Shown here piece by piece: positions 43,996-55,400 of a DNA stretch of 64,000 bases. The translations under genes and the position numbers were made by a program. The DNA comes from Macrostomum lignano (Eukaryota): NCBI GenBank assembly GCA_002269645.1, contig NIVC01002871.1:1-64000 (forward strand), in the 5' to 3' direction. How positions within the stretch are numbered: the first letter of the stretch is position 1; each line of letters opens with the position of its first letter. Under the pieces are notes generated by a model that was given only the letters and a program-made list of their open reading frames with translations, had not been told where the DNA came from and made no database searches.

Positions 43996-45835
43996 GCCGC
44001 CGCAGCAGCAGCAGCCGCCGTCACAGAAGCTTGTCTATCCAGAGGCGAGTCGTGAGCAGGAGATTAAGGAGATGTCCGACTTCATAAAACTGATTATTGG
44101 TGAGAGCAACGATAAAATTTTCCAAACTACTACCAGTCTACTTATTTACTAAACAATCTACCAACCTACCAATCTGCCAACCTACCAACCTACCAATCTA
44201 CCAACCAACCAATCTATCAACCTACCAATCTACCAACCAACCAATCTACCAACCTACCAACCTAACAATCTACCAACCTACCAATCTACCAGCCTACCAA
44301 TCTACCAACCAAACTACCCGCCTTTTAACCTACCAACCTACTCGTACTAGGCTACAACTACGCTCGTGTATCCACCTACCAAACTACCAATCAATCTACC
44401 AAACTACCAGCCAACCAATTAATCAATCAATCAATCAACCCAGAAAGCCGCGGCAACCGGCCTGACGGTCTCTCATCGCGGGTTCGAGTTCACGAAGTCA
44501 TCCTCATCGTGCTGCTCATCACCCAGGGCGCCCTGAATGGCGCCATCAACTTCCCGGCCGGTCTGGCTGGAATTCTCGCCTTCTGCGACCAACTGGGCCG
44601 GCGCTGCAGCGGCCAGAGCGGCTTCTTCAAGGCGCTGGACACGGAGACCATGGCGCTGCTGTGGCAGAGGATCAAAGGGAACCGGACTGGCAAATACGAG
44701 ACCTTTGCCAGGGCCATGCGGTGCGACACTGCACTTCCTGATGGGGATCTGTGTTTACTGATGGGGGGACCTGTGTCTGCTTATGGGAATCTGAGATTAG
44801 AAATGGGAATCTGAGATTAAAAATGGGGATCTGAGACTAGAAATGGGGATCTGAGATTATAAATGGGGATCTGAGATATGGGGATCTGAGATTATAAATG
44901 GGGATCTGAGATTAGAAATGGGAATCTGAGATTAAAAATGAGGATCTGAGATTAGAAATGGGGATCTGAGATTAGAAATGGGGATCTGAGATTAGAAATG
45001 GGGATCTGAGATTAGAAATGGGAATCTGAGATTAAAAATGCGGATCTGAGATTAGAAATGGGGATCTGAGATTAGAAATGGGGATCTGAGATTAGAAATG
45101 GGAATCTGAGATTAAAAATGGGGATCTGAGATTAGAAATGCGGATATGAGATTAGAAATGGGGATCTGAGATTAAAAATGGGGATCTGAGATTAGAAATG
45201 CGGATCTGAGATTAGAAATGGGGATCTGAGATTATAAATGGGATCTGAGATTAGAAATGGGGATCTGAGATTCGAAATGGGAATCTGAGATTCGAAATGG
45301 GAATCTGAGATTCGAAATGGGAATCTGAGATTAGAAATGGGGATCTGAGATTAGAAATGCGGATGAGATTAGAAATGGGGATCTGAGATTAGAAATGCGG
45401 ATGAGATTAGAAATGGGGATCTGAGATTAGAAATGCGGATGAGATTAGAAATGGGGATCTGAGATTATAAATGGGATCTGAGATTAGAAATGGGGATCTG
45501 AGGCTATAAATGGGATAATTGAGACTACAAATGGGGATCATAGGTTAAAAATGATATCAGAGACTATAGATAGGTATCTGAGTTAAGAAATGTGGATCTG
45601 ATAAGTGGGGATCTATGAAGAATCTTACTGTTTCATGGCTTAATTCTCGCCCTATAACAGGGTGCGACGCGGCAACGCTGCCACAGGAGGATATTTCGCT
45701 GCCCAGGACTCCGGCAGGTGCAAAAAGAAGCGGGTTTACAAGCTGGGCAGGCAGTCCCTAGAAGAGATGGAACGACTGCGCCACACTTTGCAGGAGTTTG
45801 CGCAGCAGCGGATGCAGCAGGACTTCTATGCCTAA
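42919..45835 (+). CDS. Divergent ETS-domain transcription factor (~269 aa) with a poly-Pro N-terminal region. Exons 42919-42923 (tentative), 43747-44099, 44444-44720, 45661-45835
   Basis: GFFKALDTETMALLWQRIKGNRTGKYETFARAMR|...KKKRVYKLG aligns to the ETS pattern G.FK..D...VA.LWG.RK.....YEKLSRA(L/M)R...RLVYKF. Phase-1 and phase-2 GT-AG junctions keep one frame (810 nt total). The first micro-exon and the exon-2 acceptor are the least certain parts. Confidence 0.72.
43095..43640 (-). repeat. Inverted copy of the array A/B minisatellite (GGGAGTAGCCTAGTAGTGTCT), array C
   Basis: Reverse complement of the 21/24-bp unit. Confidence 0.95.
44135..44440. repeat. Degenerate CTACCAA(C/T) short-unit repeat, ETS intron
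   Basis: Direct reading. Confidence 0.8.
44780..45600. repeat. 20-bp minisatellite (GGGATCTGAGATTAGAAATG), ~40 copies, ETS intron
   Basis: Direct reading. Confidence 0.95.
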
Positions 45836-46204
45836 GCACTGACCCAGATATATTCACAGATCGCAAACAGCTGCCAGTGCCACTTATATTAGAATTAGAA
45901 ATTGAGATCTGTTATTTTACTTTCACATAACCAGATACCGTCATTTCCTTAGCAACTGAGAGACAATATTATTAATGCCTTTTCAAATGGTTAACCGCAG
46001 CAAATGGAACAAAAAGTTGAAATAAATTTTATTGTTTTTAGTTTAATGTACTTTTTATAAGCTTCACTTTAATTTAGCTAAGTATATTAGAAAGCGGACT
46101 GAACACGTCTTTGGTATCAAATTCGAAAGTCGTGTAGGGATAGGGATTGTCAGATCCCTATCCTTATCTGAATTGAGTCTTTTCATTTCCTTTTTATTCC
46201 CTAT

Positions 46205-46885
46205 CTGCATTGTCAGATCCTTATCCGCATTGTCAGATCCATATTCGCATTGTCAGATCCTTATCCTCATTGTCAGAACCTTATCCGCATTGTCAGATCC
46301 TTCTCCGCATTGTCAGATCCGTATCCGCATTGTCAGATCCGTATCCGCATTGTCAGATCCTTATCCTCATTGTCAGATCCTTCTCCGCATTGTCAGATCC
46401 GTATCCGCATTGTCAGATCCTTATCCTCATTGTCAGATTCGTATCCGCATTGTCAGATCCTTATCCTCATTGTCAGATCCGTATCCGCATTGTCAGATCC
46501 GTATCCGCATTGTCAGATCCCTATCGGAATTGTCAGATCCGTATCCGCATTGTCAGATCCGTATCCGCATTGTCAGATCCCTATCGGAATTGTCAGATCC
46601 CTATCCGCATTGTCAGATCCTTATCCACATTGTCAGATCCGTATCCGCATTGTCAGATCCTTATCCGCATTGTCAGATCCTTATCCTCATTGTCAGATCC
46701 TTCTCCGCATTGTCAGATCCGTATCCGCATTGTCAGATCCCTATCCTCATTGTCAGATTCGTATCCGCATTGTCAGATCCCTATCCATATTGTCAGATCC
46801 CTATCCGCATTGTCAGGTCCCTATCCGAATTGTCAGATCCCTATACGAACAGAATTGTCAGATCCCTATACGAACAGAATTGTCA
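46205..46885. repeat. 20-bp minisatellite (GTATCCGCATTGTCAGATCC), ~34 copies
   Basis: Direct reading. Confidence 0.95.
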
Positions 46886-47244
46886 GATCGTTATTTCATT
46901 CAAAATTTAGAAAAATTCAGAAACAAAAGTCGATAGAAAAGGAGTAAACAATTGCATGAAACGCTGCAATCAGTCAGCAGTGCTAAATGCGCTCGGATTG
47001 CCAACAAGCCACAATAGCTGCAATTTGTACTTTATTGGGTATACAGATTGACAGACAAAGTACATTAGACACTTTTCTAAAAGACAGACAAACCAAAAAC
47101 TTAAACTAGAGCTAGCATACACGCAATGAGATGCGACCGAGCAAGCATAAAAATATCTCGTATTAAACTTCAGATTTGAACCTTTTTTCGAGACAGCGGT
47201 TTGTTTTTCGCTAAGTCCAAGACCCTTAGTTCTTGCTAATACAA

Positions 47245-47690
47245 CCCCTTAGCAACGGTTGCTAATACGACTCTTTAGCAACGGTTGCTGATAGAACAAC
47301 TCCTTAATTAACAACGGTTATAATTTATGAAAACATCTTAGCAACGGTTGGTAAAACAGCAGGTCCTTAGCAACGGTTGGTAAAACAGCAGGTCCTTAGC
47401 AACGGTTGGTAAAACAGCAGGTCCTTAGCAACGGTTGGTAAAACAGCAGGTCCTTAGCAACGGTTGGTAAAACAGCAGGTCCTTAGCAACGGTTGGTAAA
47501 ACAGCAGGTCCTTAGCAACGGTTGGTAAAACAGCAGGTCCTTAGCAACGGTTGGTAAAACAGCAGGTCCTTAGCAACGGTTAAAGCTTTAGCGACAGTTG
47601 CTAATACAACACTTTAGCAACAGTTGCTGATATAGCAACTCCTTAGCAACGGTTAGTAATACAACTGGTTCTCATAGCAACGGTTGCTAA
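47245..47690. repeat. 29-bp minisatellite (CCTTAGCAACGGTTGGTAAAACAGCAGGT) with degenerate flanking units
   Basis: Direct reading. Confidence 0.9.
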
Positions 47691-47840
47691 ATACAACGAA
47701 AACACCCAAGAAACAGTTAGAGTCTAGCTGACAGACAGCAAGCACAGGAGCCGGGGGATAATGACCATCTAAACAGTCCGATATGTACAGAGAGAACGCG
47801 AGACAAGAAATACAGTTTGTAACAGAGGGCGGGCAGCGGG

Positions 47841-49379
47841 TCACTCGTCAATATAGGGCAGCCAGAAGGCCATGTAGTTGGAGGCGGTGGCCATCATCAT
47901 GTATTTCGGATTGAACTGGACGCAGGTTATCGGTGCCACCTCCTCCGGCGGCGCCGCCGACGTCGGAGTCAATGGCGGCTGCTGCGGCTGCGCCGGCTGC
48001 TGCTGAGAGCCTTCGTAGGCGTTAAGCACCGTCACCTTCTGGCCGGTGTCGCTGTTCCAGGCGTGCACCCGGCCGTCAAGGCTCCCGGCCAAGACGAACT
48101 GGCTGTCCGGAGTGAAGCTGGCCTCCAGGCTGAGCTGGCGAGAGTTCTTGTAGCCGGTGAAGGCGTGCAGAGCCCGGCCAGTGAAGGCGTCAATGAGGCG
48201 CATGGCGGAGCCGTTGGTGCACACCAGGATGAGCTTGCCGTCCGGGCTGAACTTCAGGTGGGTCCACTCGGCCGTGTTGCCGCCACCAGCCGGGCCGCCG
48301 GCGCTGTCGCCGAATGACACGGCCGGGACCTGCGGGTTGGCGAAGCAGTTTTGTGTATTGATTGACGGGTGGGTGTGTACATGCGCGCGTGAATGTGCAT
48401 AGGGGTGAGTGGGTGTGTACATGCGTGAATGTACATAGGGGTGAGTCGGTGTGTACATGCGCGCGTGAATGTACATAGGGGTGAGTCGGTGTGTACATGC
48501 GTGAATGTACATAGGGGTGAGTCAGTGTGTACATGTGCGCGTGAATGTACATAGGGGTGAGTCGGTGTGTACATGCGTGAATGTACATAGGGGTGAGTCG
48601 GTGTGTACATGCGTGAATGTACATAGGGGTGAGTCGGTGTGTACATGCGCGCGTGAATGTACATAGGGGTGAGTCGGTGTGTACATGCGTGAATGTACAC
48701 AGGGGTGAGTCGGTGTGTACATGCGCATGTGAATGTACATAGCGGTGTAACTGTATATGTACATGCTATGTACACTCAGCGGCTCCCCAAAGCATCAGTC
48801 AGTGACAAAATTCACCTTAAAGGTGGCGAACGGTCCTTTGTCAAAGGAGCGCAAGTCGTACAGCTTGATGCACTCGGAATTGACCCCGGCAGCAAAGATT
48901 AATCCCTCTGGGTCAAACGCGGCCACAGGGCGGCCGGTCACGTGCATGAGACCCTGGCAGGAGGGCGAGCGCAGGTCCCACAGGCGGATGGTGCGGTCGG
49001 CGGCCCCGCTGAGGAAAGTGTCATCAACAGGCGACATACACAGCGAGGTGACCTTCCGAGTGTGCCCGGGAAAGTACCGGATGTACTTGTTATCGTGCAG
49101 CGACAAGAAGCGTATGGTATCGTCAACTTTAGTTGAACAATGAATAGCGGTGTTGGCTGCGTGGGTAAACTGGATGAGATCAACGCCGTACTTTTTCGAG
49201 TTCAGCGTCCGCTTTGGTGCACCCTCGATGCAGTCGTAGATGACGATGAGATCATCGTCAGAGCTAGCTATGAGGGTGTCGCCGTTGGCGGCGAAGTTGA
49301 TGCAATTAACCTTGTCGGCGTTCTCCTTCATCACCTTGACGGTTTTGAAGCCGCACAAGGTTGAGTCCAATAGGCGCAT
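47841..49379 (-). CDS. WDR82: WD repeat-containing protein 82 (SET1/COMPASS and PNUTS-PP1 subunit), ~350 aa. Exons 49379-48816 and 48329-47841
   Basis: [52 protein letters not shown] and MAFWLP match WDR82. AAG|GTGAAT donor and CCGCAG|GTC acceptor, phase 0. Confidence 0.96.
48365..48770. repeat. 36/40-bp minisatellite in the WDR82 intron
   Basis: GTGTGTACATGCGTGAATGTACATAGGGGTGAGTCG units. Confidence 0.92.
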
Positions 49380-49402
49380 GGCGGGGCTGCAATGCGAGGC
49401 GG

Positions 49403-51385
49403 ACCTGCATCCTGTTACCTTTGCACCTGCATCCTGTTACCTATGCACCTGCATCCTGTTACCTATGCACCTGCATCCTGTTACCTATGCACCTGCATCC
49501 TGTTACCTATGCACCTGCATCCTGTTACCTATGCACCTGCATTCTGTTACCTATGCACCTGCATCCTGTTACCTATGCACCTGCATCCTGTTACCTATGC
49601 ACCTGCATCCTGTTACCTATGCACCTGCATTCTGTTACCTATGCACCTGCATCCTGTTACCTATGCACCTGCATTCTGTTACCTATGCACCTGCATCCTG
49701 TTACCTATGCACCTGCATCCTGTTACCTATGCACCTGCATCCTGTTACCTATGCACCTGCATCCTATTACCTATGCACCTGCATCCTGTTACCTATGCAC
49801 CTGCATCCTGTTACCTATGCACCTGCATCCTGTTACCTATGCACCTGCATCCTGTTACCTATGCACCTGCATTCTGTTACCTATGCACCTGCATCCTGTT
49901 ACCTATGCACCTGCATCCTGTTACCTATGCACCTGCATCCTGTTACCTATGCACCTGCATCCTGTTACCTATGCACCTGCATCCTGTTACCTATGCACCT
50001 GCATCCTGTTACCTATGCACCTGCATCCTGTTACCTATGCACCTGCATCCTGTTACCTATGCACCTGAATCCTATGCACCTGCATCCTGTTACCTATGCA
50101 CCTGCATCCTGTTACCTATGCACCTGCATTCTGTTACCTATGCACCTGCATTCTGTTACCTATGCACCTGCATCCTGTTACCTATGCACCTGCATTCTGT
50201 TACATATGCACCTGCATCCTGTTACCTATGAACCTGCATCCTGTTACCTATGTTGCCTATGCACCTGCATCCTGTTACCTATGCACCTGCATCCTGTTAC
50301 CTATGTTGCCTATGCACCTGCATCCTGTTACCTATGCACCTGCATCCTGTTACCTATGCACCTGCATCCTGTTACCTATGCACCTGCATCCTGTTACCTA
50401 TGCACCTGCATCCTGTTACCTATGCACCTGCATCCTGTTACCTATGCACCTGCATCCTGTTACCTATGCACCTGCATCCTGTTACCTATGCACCTGCATC
50501 CTATTACCTATGCACCTGCATCCTGTTACCTATGCACCTGCATCCTGTTACCTATGCACCTGCATCCTGTTACCTATGCACCTGAATCCTATGCACCTGT
50601 ATCCTGTTACCTATGCACCTGCATCCTGTTACCTATGCACCTGCATCCTGTTACCTATGCACCTGCATTCTGTTACCTATGCACCTGCATTCTGTTACCT
50701 ATGCACCTGCATCCTGTTACCTATGCACCTGCATTCTGTTACATATGCACCTGCATCCTGTTACCTATGCACCTGCATCCTGTTACCTATGTTGCCTATG
50801 CACCTGCATCCTGTTACCTATGCACCTGCATCCTGTTACCTATGTTGCCTATGCACCTGCATCCTGTTACCTATGCACCTGCATCCTGTTACCTATGTTG
50901 CCTATGCACCTGCATCCTGTTATCTATGCACCTGCATCCTGTTACCTATGCACCTGCATCCTGCTACCTATGCACCTGCATCCTGTTACCTATGCACCTG
51001 CATCCTGTTACCTATGCACCTGCATCCTGTTACCTATGCACCTGCATCCTGTTACCTATGCACCTGCATCCTGTTACCTATGCACCTGCATCCTGTTACC
51101 TATGCACCTGCATCCTGTTACCTTTGCACCTGCATCCTGTTACCTATGCACCTGCATCCTGTTGTCTATGCACCTGCATCCTGTTGTCTATGCACCTGCA
51201 TCCTGTTGTCTATGCACCTGCATCCTGTTGTCTATGCACCTGCATCCTGTTACCTATGCACCTGCATTCTGTTACCTATGCACCTGCATCCTGTTGTCTA
51301 TGCACCTGCATCCTGTTACCTATGCACCTGCATCCTGCTACTCATGCACCTGCATCCTGTTACCTATGCACCTGCATCCTGCTAC
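49403..51385. repeat. 22-bp minisatellite (CACCTGCATCCTGTTACCTATG), ~90 copies, starting ~25 bp upstream of the WDR82 ATG
   Basis: Direct reading. It generates the repetitive ORFs 49240-51537. Confidence 0.97.
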
Positions 51386-52452
51386 TTATACACTCGAATC
51401 CTGGTAGAGATATGCTAAGTCCTAAAACATCTAGACGCAAAATATGCAAACGAGATGGCAGTGTAAAAGTACACTTGAAAGAATTTAGGCTGCTCACAGA
51501 AACTGATGACAGAAGCGGAGCACTTAGCTACGAGTAAATAATTCTATTAACAGACCAGTCTCACTCTCAGGCAATCATATCAGCACACACAGTTCCCTGT
51601 GGCTTTCTTATCAATATTGTATAACAGAAGTCTGCCCCCCTCGCTATCAGCTGCAAACAGAAACCTCCTCTCTACTAGAAGCAGAAATTGCGCTGGCTAC
51701 ACCTACCAATCAATAACCTGTCTAACTAACTCACGGTAACGAGTATTGCCACCTGTCACAAGGTTTTAACTCTTTAAATAACAATAAACAATACGCCCGT
51801 ATCTTGGTACCAGCCTTAGGAAGTATAACTCAGAAACAACTACCCTCCCTCCCCAGCACCTCAAGCTGTCACGCGGCACAAACGAATCGACAAAAGACTT
51901 ACAAAACTTTTGTGCCGTATAGCAGGTCGGGTAAAGAGAGATGGGGCGCAGTTGTTGCTGGGTCAATCAGTTTCATTTTTATTAAATAGATCGAGTATCA
52001 ACTTTATATACAGCATATGTATGCAATTAGAAAAACGTTTGCGCTCAGCAGTGAATTGAAGCTTAAAAACAGCATAGTCAAATGTATGCTACCTGTATAT
52101 ATATATGCATTAAAAACAGTAAGAAATCAAGGATACTAAACATTGTCATTTCGATTTGTCGCCAATATTTAGAGGGTAAATTAATAAACAAATACTAATT
52201 TGCAACTTAAAAACAAGACAAATAGGCCAAGAAAAACACTACGGCCGTATGCTTATGGTCCTATGCATATGTATACAAACTAAACTGCGACACAAATATC
52301 ACATTGAGAATTTTACTTTTCTTTCGTCATAAACAGCATCCTTTATATTTGCATATGATGGCCGATCTAGACGGGGGTCAGAGGGGTCAGTTGACCCCCT
52401 ATCAGATCCACAAAGCCACAAAGGAAAGGCTACAGGGTGCAACAGCAACTGC

Positions 52453-55400
52453 CTACTTAGCACCGTCAGCCTGCGGCGGTTTCTGGCTCTGCTGCTGCTG
52501 CTGCTGCGTCGGCGGCGTCGGCCGCCAATTCGAATCAGCGTCGGCCGACATCTCGGCGGACGTCAAAGTTGACACAGGCGGCCGTGGCCACATGGCGACA
52601 AACGAGTCCACGAAGCCGCCGCCGATGAAATCGGGCGACTCCGACGGCGAAGTGATGTCACCGGCAGCGTCGCCGCCATCGACTGCGACACTGGACGCCG
52701 ACGCCATTGCCGCCGACAACGCCGGCCTAGAGGTAGCTTCGACATCATTGTCGCACAGGTTGACCTCCTCGTCGATGTCGTTCTCCGCTAAATCGATAGA
52801 GCCGGCGACGGCGGCGGATGACAGAACTTCGCTGATGTCATCACGCAAATCTGTGAACCTTCTTTGAAGTGATAAAGATGGCACTTGGGGGTTGTCCTCC
52901 TTTCTTTCTTCGTCTGGTCTTCTATTGGGATTACGGTATGGCGTATCGGATAGGGCATCATCATCCTCATCATCATCGTCAGCTTCCTCCTCATCATCAT
53001 CATCATCGCCGTCCGTGCCGTCGATGGACCGGTACATGTCTAAAGAATAACTAAAGCCGGCCATCGACGCCGGCGTTTCCAGCAAATCATCGACGCTGTC
53101 CTCTTCATTGTCTCGTCTGACGTCTAGACGGTCCCCAGCGTCAACATCGTCGACTTCGGCTTCGGCGGCGTCATCGCTTACCGGAGTTTCGGCGGCAGCG
53201 GCGGCAGCAGCGCCAGATACAGCAGAGTACCGGTTCAACGCGGGCCGGCGAGGAAGGTCGCTGGGAGGCGGATAGGGCGGCGGCAGCGGCTGCTGGCTGG
53301 AGGAGGCGACGGACGTCGAAGCAGCGGCGGCGGCGGCGGTGCCTCCCGCGGTGCTGGAGGCGACAGATCGAGCAGATAAAGCCAGACGCTCCTGGAGCTG
53401 GGCGATGGTGCTCAGCTGCTGATCCTGGGCAGACTCCAATTGGGCCACGTACCAGGTGAGGTCGCGGCATTTTTGCTGGTAGGTGGGCGGTCGAACCTGC
53501 GGCGTTTCGGCGATAATGGAGAGATTTGCTTTGTAGCTTTAGCGGGATGGGGAAGAGGATGCAGAGTCACTGAATATGACAGCTAGGGAATGCAGGAGAG
53601 TCACTGAATATGACAGCTAGGGAATGCAGGAGAGTCACTGAATATGACAGCTAGGGAATGCAGCAGAGTCACTGAATATGACAGCTTAGGGAATGCAGCA
53701 GAGTCACTGAATATGACAGCTAGGGAATGCAGGAGAGTCACTGAATATGACAGCTAGGGAATGCAGGAGTCACTGAATATGACAGCTAGGGAATGCAGGA
53801 GTCACTGAATATGACAGCTAGGGAATGCAGGAGTCACTGAATATGACAGCTAGGGAATGCAGCAGAGTCACTGAATATGACAGCTAGGGAATGCAGGAGT
53901 CACTGAAGATGACAGCTAGGGAATGCAGCAGAGTCACTGAATATGACAGCTAGGGAATGCAGCAGAGTCACTGAATATGACAGCTTAGGGAATGCAGCAG
54001 AGTCACTGAATATGACAGCTAGGGAATGCAGGAGAGTCACTGAATATGACAGCTAGGGAATGCAGGAGAGTCACTGAATATGACAGCTAGAGAATGCAGG
54101 AGAGTCACTGAATATGACAGCTAGGGAATGCAGGAGAGTCACTGAATATGACAGCTAGGGAATGCAGGAGAGTCACTGAATATGACAGCTAGGGAATGCA
54201 GCAGAGTCACTGAATATGACAGCTAGGGAATGCAGGAGTCACTGAAGATGACAGCTAGGGAATGCAGCAGAGTCACTGAATATGACAGCTAGGGAATGCA
54301 GGAGAGTCACTGAATATGACAGCTAGGGAATGCAGGAGAGTCACTGAATATGACAGCTAGGGAATGCAGGAGAGTCACTGAATAAAACAGCTAGGGAATG
54401 CAGGAGTCACTGAATATGACAGCTAGGGAATGCAGCAGAGTCACTGAATATGACAGCTAGGGAATGCAGGAGAGTCACCGAATATGACAGCTAGGGAATG
54501 CAGGAGAGTCACTGAATATGACAGCTAGGGAATGCAGGAGAGTCACTGAATATGACAGCTAGGGAATGCAGGAGAGTCACTGAATATGACAGCTAGGGAA
54601 TGCAGGAGAGTCACTGAATATGACAGGTGACTAAATACCAGCTCATGCTCACCTGAAATCTGAGCAACAGGCAGTCACTATCCAAATATCCCTCGCTGCT
54701 GAGCAAGTCCAATCGAAAGAACCGATTATAGCCCCAGCATTCTCCAATATCGAAGTCAGACGCGAATTCGCGGACAATATTCCTAGTGGGATCGCGAGAC
54801 TGCTGGTGCACCATCTCTACTCGATATTCGTATTTGCTAGTCTCTGGCAGGCCGGCAGTGAGCTCTAGAAACACTGACAGGTAGTTGCCGCGCACAACTC
54901 CATTGCCATCAGGATAGACTTTTAGACGCCAGCTCAGGCCGCTAACCAGCAGCGGATCGCTATATACCGGATCTGCTCTCTGCTGCAGCTGGCTGAACTG
55001 TTCCATGCGAAACGTGCTGCTGTCGTACTGGGGCACAATCTCCGATTGGAATTCGGCCGGCACTGGGGCGCTCACGAAACTGCCCATTGGCTGCCTGTTG
55101 GGGGGAGAATTTTTATTATTCTAGAGTTATCCTAGCTCGACTTGGTGACGGGGGTCATAGCCCTACCTGGTGACAGGGGTCATAGCCCTACCTGGTGACA
55201 GGGGTCATAGCCCTACCTGGTGACAGGGGTCATAGCTCGACTTGGTGATGGGGGTCATAGCCCTACCTGGTGACAGGGGTCATAGCCCTACCTGGTGACA
55301 GGGGTCATAGCCCTACCTGGTGACAGGGGTCATAGCCCTACCTGGTGACAGGGGTCATAGCTCGACTTGGTGATGGGGGTCATAGCCCTACCTGGTGACA

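Noticed and set aside
49240-51537. 765-aa Cys/His-rich ORF antisense to and upstream of WDR82
   Set aside because: Translation of the 22-bp array, open in all three plus frames.
52304-53054. Plus-strand ORFs over the TRIM37 last exon
   Set aside because: Antisense shadows of the acidic, Ala-rich TRIM37 tail.
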